Positions 11,270 to 22,416 of a stretch of DNA of 64,000 nucleotides are shown here, piece by piece. The DNA comes from Amphiscolops sp. MND2022 (lineage: Eukaryota), in contig OZ076409.1 in NCBI GenBank assembly GCA_964187785.1, forward strand, positions 65,784,001-65,848,000. The letters run 5' to 3'. The notes beneath the pieces were generated by a model that worked only from the letters and a program-made list of their open reading frames with translations, did no database searches and was not told the origin of the DNA. Positions within the stretch are counted from its first letter, which is position 1, and every line of letters starts with the position of its first letter. The position numbers were made by a program, and so were the translations under genes.

Positions 11270-11767
11270 AACAAGACGAGAACGCCTCAAGTCGGCGCTA
11301 TATCTAAGGCTCAAAAAGCGCAAAACATTTTTTTGGAAAAAAACTTGAAACTTTCGAAAAAAAATTCTTTCGGAAAATGTCGCACAGTGCCGAAAAATGT
11401 AAAAGGGGGGACCCTTTTTGATTTATAAACACGCATTCTGTAGCAAAATAACAAAAAACTCAAAGGGGGGACCCTTTGGGAACATTAAAAAAAATTCGAA
11501 AAAAATCTCACAGCGCCGAAAAAAAATCGAAAGGGGGGGGGGGGTACGAAACTTTAGTCCCGTCCGGGCTTGTATGTAACGTTGAAAAAGTAAATGAATG
11601 CGCTCCCCGTTTGCCTTTAGCGGTCCAGTAGTTTAGTACTTATTTAGTAGTTGAACGTTAATTTTAACGTTCGTCGCTTCGAGTCTGTCTTAAATAAAAA
11701 AAAAAGAAAAAAAAACGAGTGACCGTAATAGTCGGGCTCTTTTCTTAAGAAAAGCGCCGACTAAAAA
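11270..11767 (-). mobile_element. Helentron-like non-autonomous element, family A
   Basis: AACAAGACGAGAACGCCTCAAGTCGGCGC start and AAAGCGCCGACTAAAA end. The interior (cagtgccgaaaaatgtaaaagggggg) is shared with the 4730 copy. Confidence 0.7.
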
Positions 11768-12495
11768 AGGAGGATTTGACTGTATCAATACGCTGTTGTG
11801 GTCAAAACTTAGTTTCGGAATTCAAGCTGACTATTCGAAAGTGTTTTTGAGGAAAAATTTGCTATAATCTTTCAAGGAAAACAGAAAAGTCACACAAAGA
11901 TCGTGTATGATAAACATGAAATTTTGGAATGACCATAATTTTTTTTCATTTATTGGAAAATTGCATAAACGACACGTCACGTCAAACAGGGTTGCTATAG
12001 GTATGAGAAGTTTATGAAGTTTGGTTCTGTTAGATAAATAAATTAACTATGATAACATAAACTTCATATTTGGCAAAACTTTTGGTCTCAAAAAATTGAT
12101 TCAACCCAAGTGACATCTGCTCGTTAATTTTGAGCTGAGTATTCATTCATTCATGTTTGAATCTGTGGCATCAACAAGTGAAACGTATCAACAGTGGATT
12201 TTCAAGGAAAAAGTTTTCCTCTATTTCCTCTATTTCCTAGGCTACTCATACTTGAATGAGACAGCATTGGGCTGTGCTAAGGGCAATCTGCCTGTATTGG
12301 TGCGGTAAGATTCTAAGAAAACTCGTCAAAGCGAACTCACCGGAAACAGCTGGTGTAAAATACGAGGCTGAAAACTCGGCAAAACCAACTCGGCGAAAAT
12401 TCGGCTGCGGAAAACTTGACTTGCATTGACAGAAAATCATCCCAGTCAAGTATAGTGCTTATTTTGTGATCGTATTGCATTACGAATGGAAGTAT

Positions 12496-15400
12496 TGTTC
12501 AACGGTACACATACCGAACCGATCTTTTGGTGACATTGTCAATCAAACTTAGATCTTTTCTTAAAGTACCAAACATAACTTTATATCAACTGAGATACTT
12601 ATGTTTATATATATTTGTAAACATCATACTTTTGTTTCGTACTGAGATTATATCATTTGATATAGAAATACAGTTAGAGAAAGATCGCTTCGGCAATATA
12701 CGAAGAGAAAACACAAAATGGACATCACCGAACTAATACGGGGAATCGAAATAACAGAAACCGGTTGGTCCGGAAGAGAAGCAGAAATCCAAGAAGATTT
12801 CATGTGGGGGATCGGTCCCGAAGCATTATACCAGATGACACGGGCGGAATACAAAACAGAACCCGACAAAATAGCGGTGAATTTACTAGTTTCAAAATTT
12901 ATGACCACAATTATGGACACAAAACTCCGGGACAAACTGATGAAAGAGAAGAAGCTCGAATTGAAGAAAACAATCAAAGTGATTAAACAAAACACATGCG
13001 AAAAAAAAACCGAAAAAACACCATACCGGAAGCTCTGATTTCAAACCAAGAAAAAGAAATAAAACTGGAGCCAATACAAAGAATGGAAAGATCTGATAAA
13101 AGAGCGAATAATATAATTACAATTGAGAAACTATGTAAGTTTTGTAACGCACCGAACTGGAACCCCACTCACAAATGCCCGGCATTGGGAAAACTTTGCA
13201 ACAACTGCAGAAAGAAGGGACATTTCGCACGCGTATGCAGACAAAGAGAAAGCTACAAACGCAAAGTACGCAATGTAACCGAAGACGAAATAGAGGTAAT
13301 TGGAGGAGAATCCGACGAATCAAGGACAAGCATACACAGAATTGAAGGAATATATAGAATCACTGACAGAAACAAATATCTAACAACAATAGTGAAAGTA
13401 AACGGAATTGAAAAAGAATTCATAGTGGATACCGGATCACCATTTTCAATAATGCCCGTAGACGAAAACATTATGAAGCGAACCGAGATACTGCAAGTGG
13501 AACACCGGTATCAAGACGTAAACAAAAATGAAGTGAAATTCCGGGGGAAATTACAGGCGGATATTGAAAACGAGAACAACAAACAGAAAATGCAAATTCT
13601 GATTACCAAAAGAAACAACATCTCACCGCTACTCGGAATGGATTGGTTGAAAAAATTCAAATTAACAATTGGAAACATCCGAGTGCAGGACAGTAACCAA
13701 TCATAAAAGAGTCAAACAATCAAAAATTCCCGGATCTATTCAAAAATAACACCATCATTAAAGATACTGAGATCAACATGCAACTAAAACCGGGACATTA
13801 TCCGCTGAAACAAATAGCAAGACCGATCCCACTACACCTACACGAAGACGTCGGGAGAGAACTGGAGAAACTAATAAAAACCGGAAACTTGGAGAAAGTG
13901 AAACATGTAGATGAAGACTGTTTTGTTTCATCGGTAGTATTTACGGTAAAAAAATGACAAGTCGGTAAAAATCGCATTAGATTCGAGAAAACTGAGCGAC
14001 AGTTGCATAAAAATCCGACCATCTATGCCAAATATGGAAGAACTGTTAAATCAAATTTCGGTAGAAATTACAAGAGACCAAACGAAAAAACTAATCATAT
14101 TGAAAATTGATCTCGACGATGCATATGACACGAAATCGATTAGACGGAAATCAACTCGAAAAAAAGTGAAAACAATCTTGGATTTGAACCACCCAGAAAA
14201 TCAAAAACAACTGACGTCATTCCTCGGTGCAATACAAAACCTTGCGGAATTCTTACCGAGACTATCGGAAAAAACGGAAAAACTTCGAAACTTCCAAACA
14301 AAGACTCGGTATGGAACTGGGGGAAACAACAAGACGAGGATTTCAATAACATAAAAGAAATGCTAACCAAAGTACCCTGCTTGGCACACTGTGCAAAGGA
14401 CAGAGAAAACATCGTTACAACCGATGCTAGTAAAACCGGACTCGGAATAACTTTATGCCAGAAACAGTCGGATGGAAAAATAAAACCGATAGCATTCGGT
14501 AGCAGATACCTAAATGATAGCGAAAAGAATTACACAATCGGAAAAATTAGAACTACTTGCAGTAGTTTTGGAGGATCAGAGAAACTCCGATTTTGTTTAT
14601 ATATATATTTTTCTATATAACGGTCACCAAGCACTTGAACCCTTGACGAAAAGAAACCGATGTAATAGACAATACAGCGCAAGGCTGACTAGATGGTTAG
14701 ACCGACATGCGCACTTTGATATTGCCATCCAACATATCGCAGGAAGCAATTTAAAACTCTCCGACTTTCTAAGTAAAAATCTGGTAGAGAAAGCAACGAG
14801 CGAGGAGGTATATGACGAGCAATACGTAATTAGCATCCTTTTAGAACAAGCCGAATTAAACGTAAAATACGGACCACTATTCGTTGACCAGTCACAAAAC
14901 CCACCGGTAAGAATTAAAACAACCGAAGAAAATAAATCTAAACAACCAATCACATCGGAGTAGAACATTCGAGAAAAACCGAGACGTGAACAAAAATTGC
15001 GAGCAAGCGAAAAGCGCATCGAACAAACAACGACAAAAAGCTAAAACGGAAAGTTCAATCCGACACTTAAATTCAAATTCGATTCCAAATTCAAACTTAT
15101 CAAACTAATTACTTATGTTTAGGAGTGAAATGGACAGAGATTACTTCCATTGGAGCGCAACTGCCGACATAATGGAGATAATGAGAAGACAAAGAAAGAG
15201 CCCAGAAACCCTCAGACTCGTAGAAAGACGGTTGGAAATCTCCCGACCTGGAACAATGCGCCGAAAATTCGACATGAACGCGCAAAGACAAGTTTGGGTC
15301 ACCTCAAGACCGAACAAAAGAAGCTGCGAAGAAATCGCAGAGATCGACGGTGAATTGTTATCGAGGGCGAACAGATTCGGCGGGGGATTTCAACACCTTG

Positions 15401-17680
15401 AAGAACGAAAAGAAGAGGAACAAGAAGTTCAACAGCCGGAAATAATCGAGGACACCGAACAAGAAACCGAAGGCGAAAGCCAAGTAATCCGGGGCGACAA
15501 CTTTGCTATCGTCGACTTAAAAGCATACAATACAGAAAGAAAAGAAGCCCAGTTCATACAAAGAAAACAAGTCCTTAAAAAAATCACCGCCCACAAGAAG
15601 AGCACCAAAAAGGCCGAGTTTAATTTTATGCTCCACTTGAAGACATTGATTGCAAAATCATCAACGGATTCCGAACTCAACCGAGTACGAGACGCAATGA
15701 GACGGGGAGAAAAAAACACGGTTCCGGACCAATACTGAACGATATTCGAGAAGCTAAACAACAAATGGGGGCGACATTCAACGATGACCGAATAGTAGTA
15801 ACTACCGAACTGAGAAAGAAGTTGCTGATACACTACATTTCGGACACGCCGGAGCTACCAAAATGACAGCAGAGGCCGAAATCTTTTGGTGGCCGAACAT
15901 GCAGAAAGAAATAGAAGACAAAACAAAAAATTGTGTGGCCTGCATGTCATCGGGTGAGAATTCAAAATACCAAATACCGAAAAACGAGTTCGGAAAATGA
16001 AAAAACAATGACAGAACCGGGACTTGAAATTTAAATTGATTTTTCCGCTAAACTAAGCAACAAAAAACTAAACGGAGACCATCAGATACTTATCGCAATA
16101 GATAGATTCAGTAAATGGCCAACTGCCAAAATTTGCAATTCATCGGAAACCAAGGAAGTATTAAACTTCCTGAAACAAATTTGTAATCTGTACGGATTAC
16201 TGGAGAAAATTAAAACCGACAAAGGTGGGTGGCGTTTGTCTCAAAAGAATACAGGGACTTTTGTATCTCAAAAAACATCGAAAGTGAACATAGCACACCG
16301 CGAATGCATACCGATACGGTAGCAGCAGAACGCGCGATACAAACATTGAAGAACCTAATTATTGCAAACTTGGAAGACGACATGTGTTTAACCGAATAAG
16401 TAAATAGAGCATTGAACGTCATGCGGTTCACAATACATACGGGACTAAAAACAACACCACGGTTTGAATTACACCACGGCCGGAAACCACGGACCGAATT
16501 AACAAATATAATAAAGGACGGAAAATCCTTCCTTTCTAATTGGTCGGAACTACCTGTTTTAGCCAACAACCGACCAAAGATACCAATCTACGTGACCAGA
16601 AATGGGGAAGAAGAAGTATCCAACTATATTATCATGACCTGAACAAAAACGGAAGAGAAGGCAATAACCGAAAAAACGCCAAAGAAGAAAAATTTGGTTG
16701 GTAGATATGCTTTTCAATTCCTTTAAACCATAATAATCATAACAAGAAAACATACATAAGAAAACCATAAAAAGAAATCATTGGAAGTAAGACTTCAGAA
16801 AAACATAGAAACCGCAGAAAATGGTACAGAACACACCGTAACCACCCATAGCGGAAAAAAATATCACCGAAAATTTATTTCGGACCCGATTGTATTTCAG
16901 AAAGAAAGAAAGACAGCGCCGAATATCGGAGACACCATCACTCCAAAAAACCGACACTGCCCCAGAGGAGTCGATGGAAAATACATTTAATGGAATGAAA
17001 TCCTGAGAGATGTACTAAACGGAAAGCTGAAAATTGTACAAAATCAGCGAACCGAATCTGACTCCGAAAGTGAGAAAGTCGAAATAGATGATGAAGAAAG
17101 TGATTTCGAGAATCACGATATCTCCGAAAAAGACGGCCGCTATCGACCAATAACAACATCCCCCGAGGACGAAATAAATCTACATACGGACGGAGAGATG
17201 AACCCGAATGAGAAACAAACAAATAATAAAATAACCGAAAATGAAAAAATAAGATGGTCCAACCGTGAAAGCAGACAACCGAATAGATACCGGGGATTGC
17301 ATATACAAAAAATTTTTGGGTGTGAATCAAAAAATTAATTGTTACAGGTGTTACAGTCGAAAAATGGAACAACCGAAAAGAAGCCTCCAAGCTGCTAACG
17401 AAGCCTACAGACTTCATCCGTGAGAAAACCTCAACACCGGGGACATCAAAACTGTAACTGAAGAAGATCCAGAAGGGAGAAAATGTTATATGGTACACAT
17501 ACCGGACCGATCTTTTGGTGACATTGTCAATCAAATTTTGATCTTTTCCTAAAGTACCAAACATAACTAGATCAACCTAGATACTTACGTTTTTATATAT
17601 TTGTAAACATCATACTTTTGTTTCGTACTGAGATTATATCATTTGATATAGAAATACAGTTAGAGAAAGATCGCTTGACA
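12496..17680 (+). mobile_element. Decayed Ty3/Gypsy (Mag-like) LTR retrotransposon
   Basis: Diverged LTRs of about 200 bp at 12496-12695 and 17484-17680, with PPT AGAAGGGAGAAAA before the 3' LTR. Fragmented gag, two Cys/His knuckles, protease VDTGS, partial RT, RNase H (TTDAS) and integrase. The PBS and gag N-terminus are missing. Confidence 0.9.
12718..17330 (+). pseudogene. Disrupted gag-pol of the 12.5-17.7 kb element
   Basis: Many stops and frameshifts across ORF-track pieces from 12718 to 16990. The RT core is deleted near 14128. Confidence 0.85.
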
Positions 17681-18087
17681 ATCTTTCTTTTTCAAAAGAG
17701 ATTTTAGATAAGAAAAAACAATTTTATTCAACCAAGAAACAGAACAAGTATTACACTGTCAACGTTAAAAGTAAGATCTTTCAAGCAGTTATACAACTAA
17801 AAAGACTATGAGTAAAAATGAAATTCGCGCAGCAATTTTTCAAACTTTTAACTATAAAAGCCCTTCTCAATAAATTTTTTATAAAGCAATTTTCTGGTGG
17901 GTTATTAACGTTCGATTGGTAATCCGTACATTTTTGACAAGTTAGTTTCAACCAGTTTCCCGTCCTTTAACTTCGTGGCTTTTTTCGACAAGTTTCACGC
18001 ATAGCTTGCAGTATCAGGCTCAAATCTTCCAACTCTCACCATTGTAGGAAGTCAAGCAAGTCCTTCATCCCTAGTATTGTTGTATGG

Positions 18088-18310
18088 TTCGGATTTTTTA
18101 ACATTCTATGTTGCAAAACATCAACAAATTAGAAGGGGACCTTTTGGGAATTTTTTTTCGAAAAAAATGTTTCACAATGCCGAAAACACCCTTTAGTCTC
18201 GCCCGGTACTGTATGTTACGCAGAAAAACTTTTTCGGTTCAGTTCGCTAAGCCAAATGGTTCAATTTGACACCATAAAATTTCGTAGAACTTTGTAGAAC
18301 TACTTTGGTC
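18088..18310 (-). mobile_element. Family A Helentron-like fragment, left half, split by the large Gypsy insertion
   Basis: Shares gaaggggacctttt, tcacaatgccgaaa and ctttagtctcgcccgg with the 11270 copy. Continues at 33666. Confidence 0.55.
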
Positions 18311-19084
18311 TGTAACGGCAAGCTGTTATCGGTCGCTTAACACGTTAACAGAGGTGGAGGAACCTGCAGGAATGGGTGAATCGCTCGGGACAGGCGCCCA
18401 TCGCCACAGATCCATTTTGCCTCCAGGGGTGAAATACGTCCCGGGGCCGCGGGTGCTTCGACAAATACTGTCCAACCGGTCCTAGTCTTTGATTGCTAAT
18501 AGTAACGGGCATCTTTCTGACTCTCTAAAGACCACCGCTTAACTAGCATATAAAAACAATGCCAAGAATAAGGTAAATTTCCAGTTCCAGGGTGACATGT
18601 GAATAAGATCTAAAATTGGGGAATAAGATCTAAACTAGCGCTAGCGCTACTGAATACAGCCAAAATCACTGAAAATACATGAAAACAGGCACGAATATGG
18701 CAAACCACACAGCTAAAAAGCTGGGGCGCAGGGGCTCCAAGCACCAAACAAGGATCTTTATGCGAAAAGACTCATTTTTACGGTTTTCGCTACATAGGGT
18801 AGCATAATGCTGAAAATCATTAAAAACCGGTGTTAGCACCTCAAAAAGAGTCTATTTTCGGTCGTTCTCGCCGTCTCTGGCTTCTGTCATGGCGGCGCGC
18901 CCGTATTTTTGCTCGTTCTTGCTCTTTGTTGTCGAAGTACCTGCCAATTTCGTGGAAACAGCGAAAAGAGCAATCACATGCTCAGTGCCACGTCACACAT
19001 CGGATTAGAATTTTTGACAAAATTTCTGAACATGTCAAAGTTGCAAAATCGGTTGATATTGCTGTACCAGAGCTTGCCGTTACA
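18311..19084 (-). repeat. 3' LTR of the large Gypsy
   Basis: 774-bp direct repeat of 32893-33665 with TG...CA ends. Confidence 0.95.
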
Positions 19085-20205
19085 TCACTCCCCGGGCTTT
19101 ATGCATGACGTCCCTGTCATGCGGAGAGGCTGGCATTGAATACATCGCCACATCATGAGTGCAATCCACTAGGGTCTCAAACTGGTGATGTTGCAACGGT
19201 CCAGTGGCACTGTCATCTTTTGCAGATTGGGCAACCATGAGGTCTTGCTTCTAGCCATCCAGAGAACCTGCATCGTCCAGAAACTGTTGAAACAGAGCTA
19301 GCTCGAGAGCTAGAAAACCAGTACTCAAAAATGCACCTTGAAATTGATCAAATCCAAGATTCCATACATCAATCAAAAAAGCACCACTTTTTTAGCACGA
19401 GTTTTCAGTTTTCTGCAAAAGTCTGAATAGGATACTGCTAGCACTTTGGTTTTTGGACGTCTAAAATTTCTTTTACGGAGCGCTAACGCTCCAAAGCGCA
19501 CGTGGTTCTCAGCAAAACATCTTTTCCACGGCAATGAAATTTCTGTTTGCAGCACAGTTAAAAGTTATTTTCGCTAAAACTTCTTTTCAGCAGTAAAACC
19601 ACTGTTTAAAAGGAAGACAAGCTGTTTCTTTGATACTTTTTTGTACAGTTCGGTTTGGTTTGGGCAGTACGCACTGATGTGCAGCTCCATACCTGTATAG
19701 AGTTCAGTAGCATCTGTCAAGGAGCGCATCAGAAGCAAACTACGAACTGCTCATAAGCATAAGCACTGGAGTAAAGTGGACAAAGGTAGATCAAATCTTG
19801 CTATTTGCAGATCAGGAGCGCGCGCGCTCCTTATTTTTCCGGATATCACGTTGGAATCTGGAGGAAACTTCTGGAAATCTTGGAAAAGAAAAACAACAAT
19901 AGCACCTTTCGGGCGTAGCGATACATGTAGAGTTTCTGGGTTATTTATTGCACTGGGGCTCCCCGGGCTTTAATCGTTGAGCACCTTCATTAAGATAAAG
20001 ATAGCAATGACTAACAAAAAATGCAAAGAAAATGCGAGAGGATGGATTGGGCGTTGAAGACACCCCTTCCCCCCTTGAAAAGAAGTGGAGTGTGGTTCTG
20101 GCAATGGATTTCAACGCATGCTACCACAAGGTAACCAGCAAGGCGTATTAAGCATGAGATATCAGGATAGCAAATAGAAACTTAACAAAAAAATTTACGT
20201 TGAAG

Positions 20206-22416
20206 CTAAGTGATGCCAGGAAATTGTTCAATACTGGCAATGGAGACATAAACGCGATCATGCAGAAATACAGTGATATCAGTTCCTGCAAAAACGTCCA
20301 TGACATTATGATAAAAATTGTCCAAACTGCGAAGTGGGCGTTCAGGGTCCACTATGGGGAAATGAATATCAGGGGTTTCGTTGGACAATAATGAAGCTTT
20401 CAAGTGCTCCAAGCATAAGACAAAGTCATCGGTGATTTGTGGTGAACGCTGGGAGGGGCGTGTTATCATTAGGTGAATAACTTGATTATCCATAAAAGAC
20501 AATGAGGATGGGAGAGTTAGGACTTCACCAACTGTTGGGCGAAGTTGGAATATTTTGTCGCTGCCACACTCGCGAAGAATGTAGCGCAAGGCAGCAGAAT
20601 TGGTATTAAGGTCTGCAGGGCAGCAAATTGCTACGTGGCCCTGCACCTGCAAGAAATCAGTTTGGTCGTAAACAATGTAGTCGACCAAATTTGGTCGCAG
20701 GGCACCAGGAAACACAATCTGACGTCCGGGACCTTTTTCATCAGCTGGGTCTATATGGTTCTGTCCACGAATAGCAGATAGATCCTGCCATACGGACCTC
20801 GACAGAGACTGATTATCCACATTTGCTGTTGACCATGAATCCAGGATACCAAGTGCAGTGTGGATCGTTACAGGCTCGGTGAAGGAATGGGTCCAATCAT
20901 CCAAAAGGCGGATACGAGGGAAGCTGGCGAACAAAGTGATAATCAGCTCTAGCCACCATCGGAACCGTAGTTTTCCACGATAAAGATCGACGATGTGGAA
21001 GCACAAAATGAGTTCCTCAGTGACAACAGTCCGCAAACTCTCTAGACAGCTCCGCAAGCTGTCAGGCTGGACCAAAGAGTGAGCATGTGGGGCAGTTACA
21101 AGCAACCACCAATATTGGGCTGGGCGATACACTTCACCAGGCTGACAGGTGATGCCGTATTTGTCAGATAGGAGGTCAGCGGTGATACAGCGGACCATTT
21201 GGATGGGTTCCCTCTCATAATTGAAAGGTCCAAATACAATGTTAGGAGTGACAGGAGGCACTGTGACGGCAAGTGTGAATTCCAATCCACGGAGATCGCT
21301 TGTCCACTTCTTGAAGCGGGGACAAGGTTCCTCAGCAATCTTGGATTTAGATAATTCTTCCAGCACGACGTCTACAGGGAAGATACGTTCTCTTTCTAGT
21401 CCGGTGTATGTCTTCTCTGCGCGGATGACAACGCGACTGACAAGAAGTTTACCATTGTGAATAAAAGGTTGAGGCTTTGGATCCACCGGAGCTTTCACAG
21501 GTCCAAGTGGGATAGTGGGAGATTTGTTCAAAGCCATTACACAAGTGCAATCGCGGAACCCACAGGTTCCACATCGATATCGAGGTACTCGATTCCGGCG
21601 TAAGCCATAGTGTGGGTTAACCTGCGTTGCGCCTTGGTCAACATCGGATGTAAGCTGCGCGGTGGGCGCATCAGAGTCAGAATCCGATGTAATTGAAGGC
21701 TGTGTGACAATTTCACGAGCTGTTTGCCGTGAAGAAATAGTGCGTCCTCGTGGCCTCCGAGGAGGTCGTCCTCGAGGACGTCCTCTGCGACTGGGAGTCC
21801 TTTGAGCGCGCACGCTCACGTTCTGCGACCGGGAATTTGTTGCTCGTGTCGAACAACGAGATAGAGCAGCTCGCGATCTGCCCCTGCCGCGCGTGCTAGG
21901 GACATTGTTCCGAGCAGTTGGCTCGTTGGTGTTGGATAACTCGGTATCACGGGTTTCAGTGTTTTGGAGGTTGGAGGTACCATTCGGCAATTGGGGAATA
22001 CTAATAGGCACATCCGTCAATGTAGGATTCGTCAACAGAGGAGCAGATGTACCCGCTAGTGATACTTCGGCTTCTCCAGTTGCAACGGGATTATCTTGCG
22101 ATTGAGGTATTTCCGGAATAACTTCAGATTCGGATAAAAATGGAAGCTCGTAGTCATCGGCAGGTTCAAATGACCGAGGTTGTTCATCGGGAGGCATTGA
22201 AGCTTTGAATAGCGCCGGAGGTTCTGCCTGGGAATGATCTCGGGCATCTGACAGTAAGTCGTTAGAGCGCGAACGCTCTGGGTCGGAACTGGAATAGTCA
22301 AATTGCTGGTAGTGGAGACGACTGCCTCCAGCTCGCATTCTGGTACGCAACCTGGTGTCCATCCAGTGGCGTCTCCTTGATGGTAGCGATACATCTGATG
22401 CTTCAGAGAGCGGTTC
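20206..22416 (-). CDS. In-frame C-terminal extension of Pol: disordered region with AT-hook-like motifs, Cys cluster, tandem TARG1/OARD1-like macrodomains
   Basis: Same frame as Gag-Pol after a single TAA (SYRE*EPLSEASDVSLPSRRRHWMDTR). The last domain matches the TARG1-type pattern: IVYDQTDF, AICCPADL, VGEV, IHLMIT, LEHLKASL, IHFP, VMDVFAGTDITVF. Confidence 0.75.
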   Translation of the reverse strand, partial: EPLSEASDVSLPSRRRHWMDTRLRTRMRAGGSRLHYQQFDYSSSDPERSRSNDLLSDARDHSQAEPPALFKASMPPDEQPRSFEPADDYELPFLSESEVIPEIPQSQDNPVATGEAEVSLAGTSAPLLTNPTLTDVPISIPQLPNGTSNLQNTETRDTELSNTNEPTARNNVPSTRGRGRSRAALSRCSTRATNSRSQNVSVRAQRTPSRRGRPRGRPPRRPRGRTISSRQTAREIVTQPSITSDSDSDAPTAQLTSDVDQGATQVNPHYGLRRNRVPRYRCGTCGFRDCTCVMALNKSPTIPLGPVKAPVDPKPQPFIHNGKLLVSRVVIRAEKTYTGLERERIFPVDVVLEELSKSKIAEEPCPRFKKWTSDLRGLEFTLAVTVPPVTPNIVFGPFNYEREPIQMVRCITADLLSDKYGITCQPGEVYRPAQYWWLLVTAPHAHSLVQPDSLRSCLESLRTVVTEELILCFHIVDLYRGKLRFRWWLELIITLFASFPRIRLLDDWTHSFTEPVTIHTALGILDSWSTANVDNQSLSRSVWQDLSAIRGQNHIDPADEKGPGRQIVFPGALRPNLVDYIVYDQTDFLQVQGHVAICCPADLNTNSAALRYILRECGSDKIFQLRPTVGEVLTLPSSLSFMDNQVIHLMITRPSQRSPQITDDFVLCLEHLKASLLSNETPDIHFPIVDPERPLRSLDNFYHNVMDVFAGTDITVFLHDRVYVSIASIEQFPGIT

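Noticed and set aside
12341..12404. Minus-strand exon-like segment (cag|...EFSPSWFCRVFSLVFYTSCFR|gtgagt) resembling a GPCR TM3 start
   Set aside because: Its phases (1/2) do not fit the other exons, a better TM3 exon exists at 4367-4485, and no continuation was found. It may be chance.
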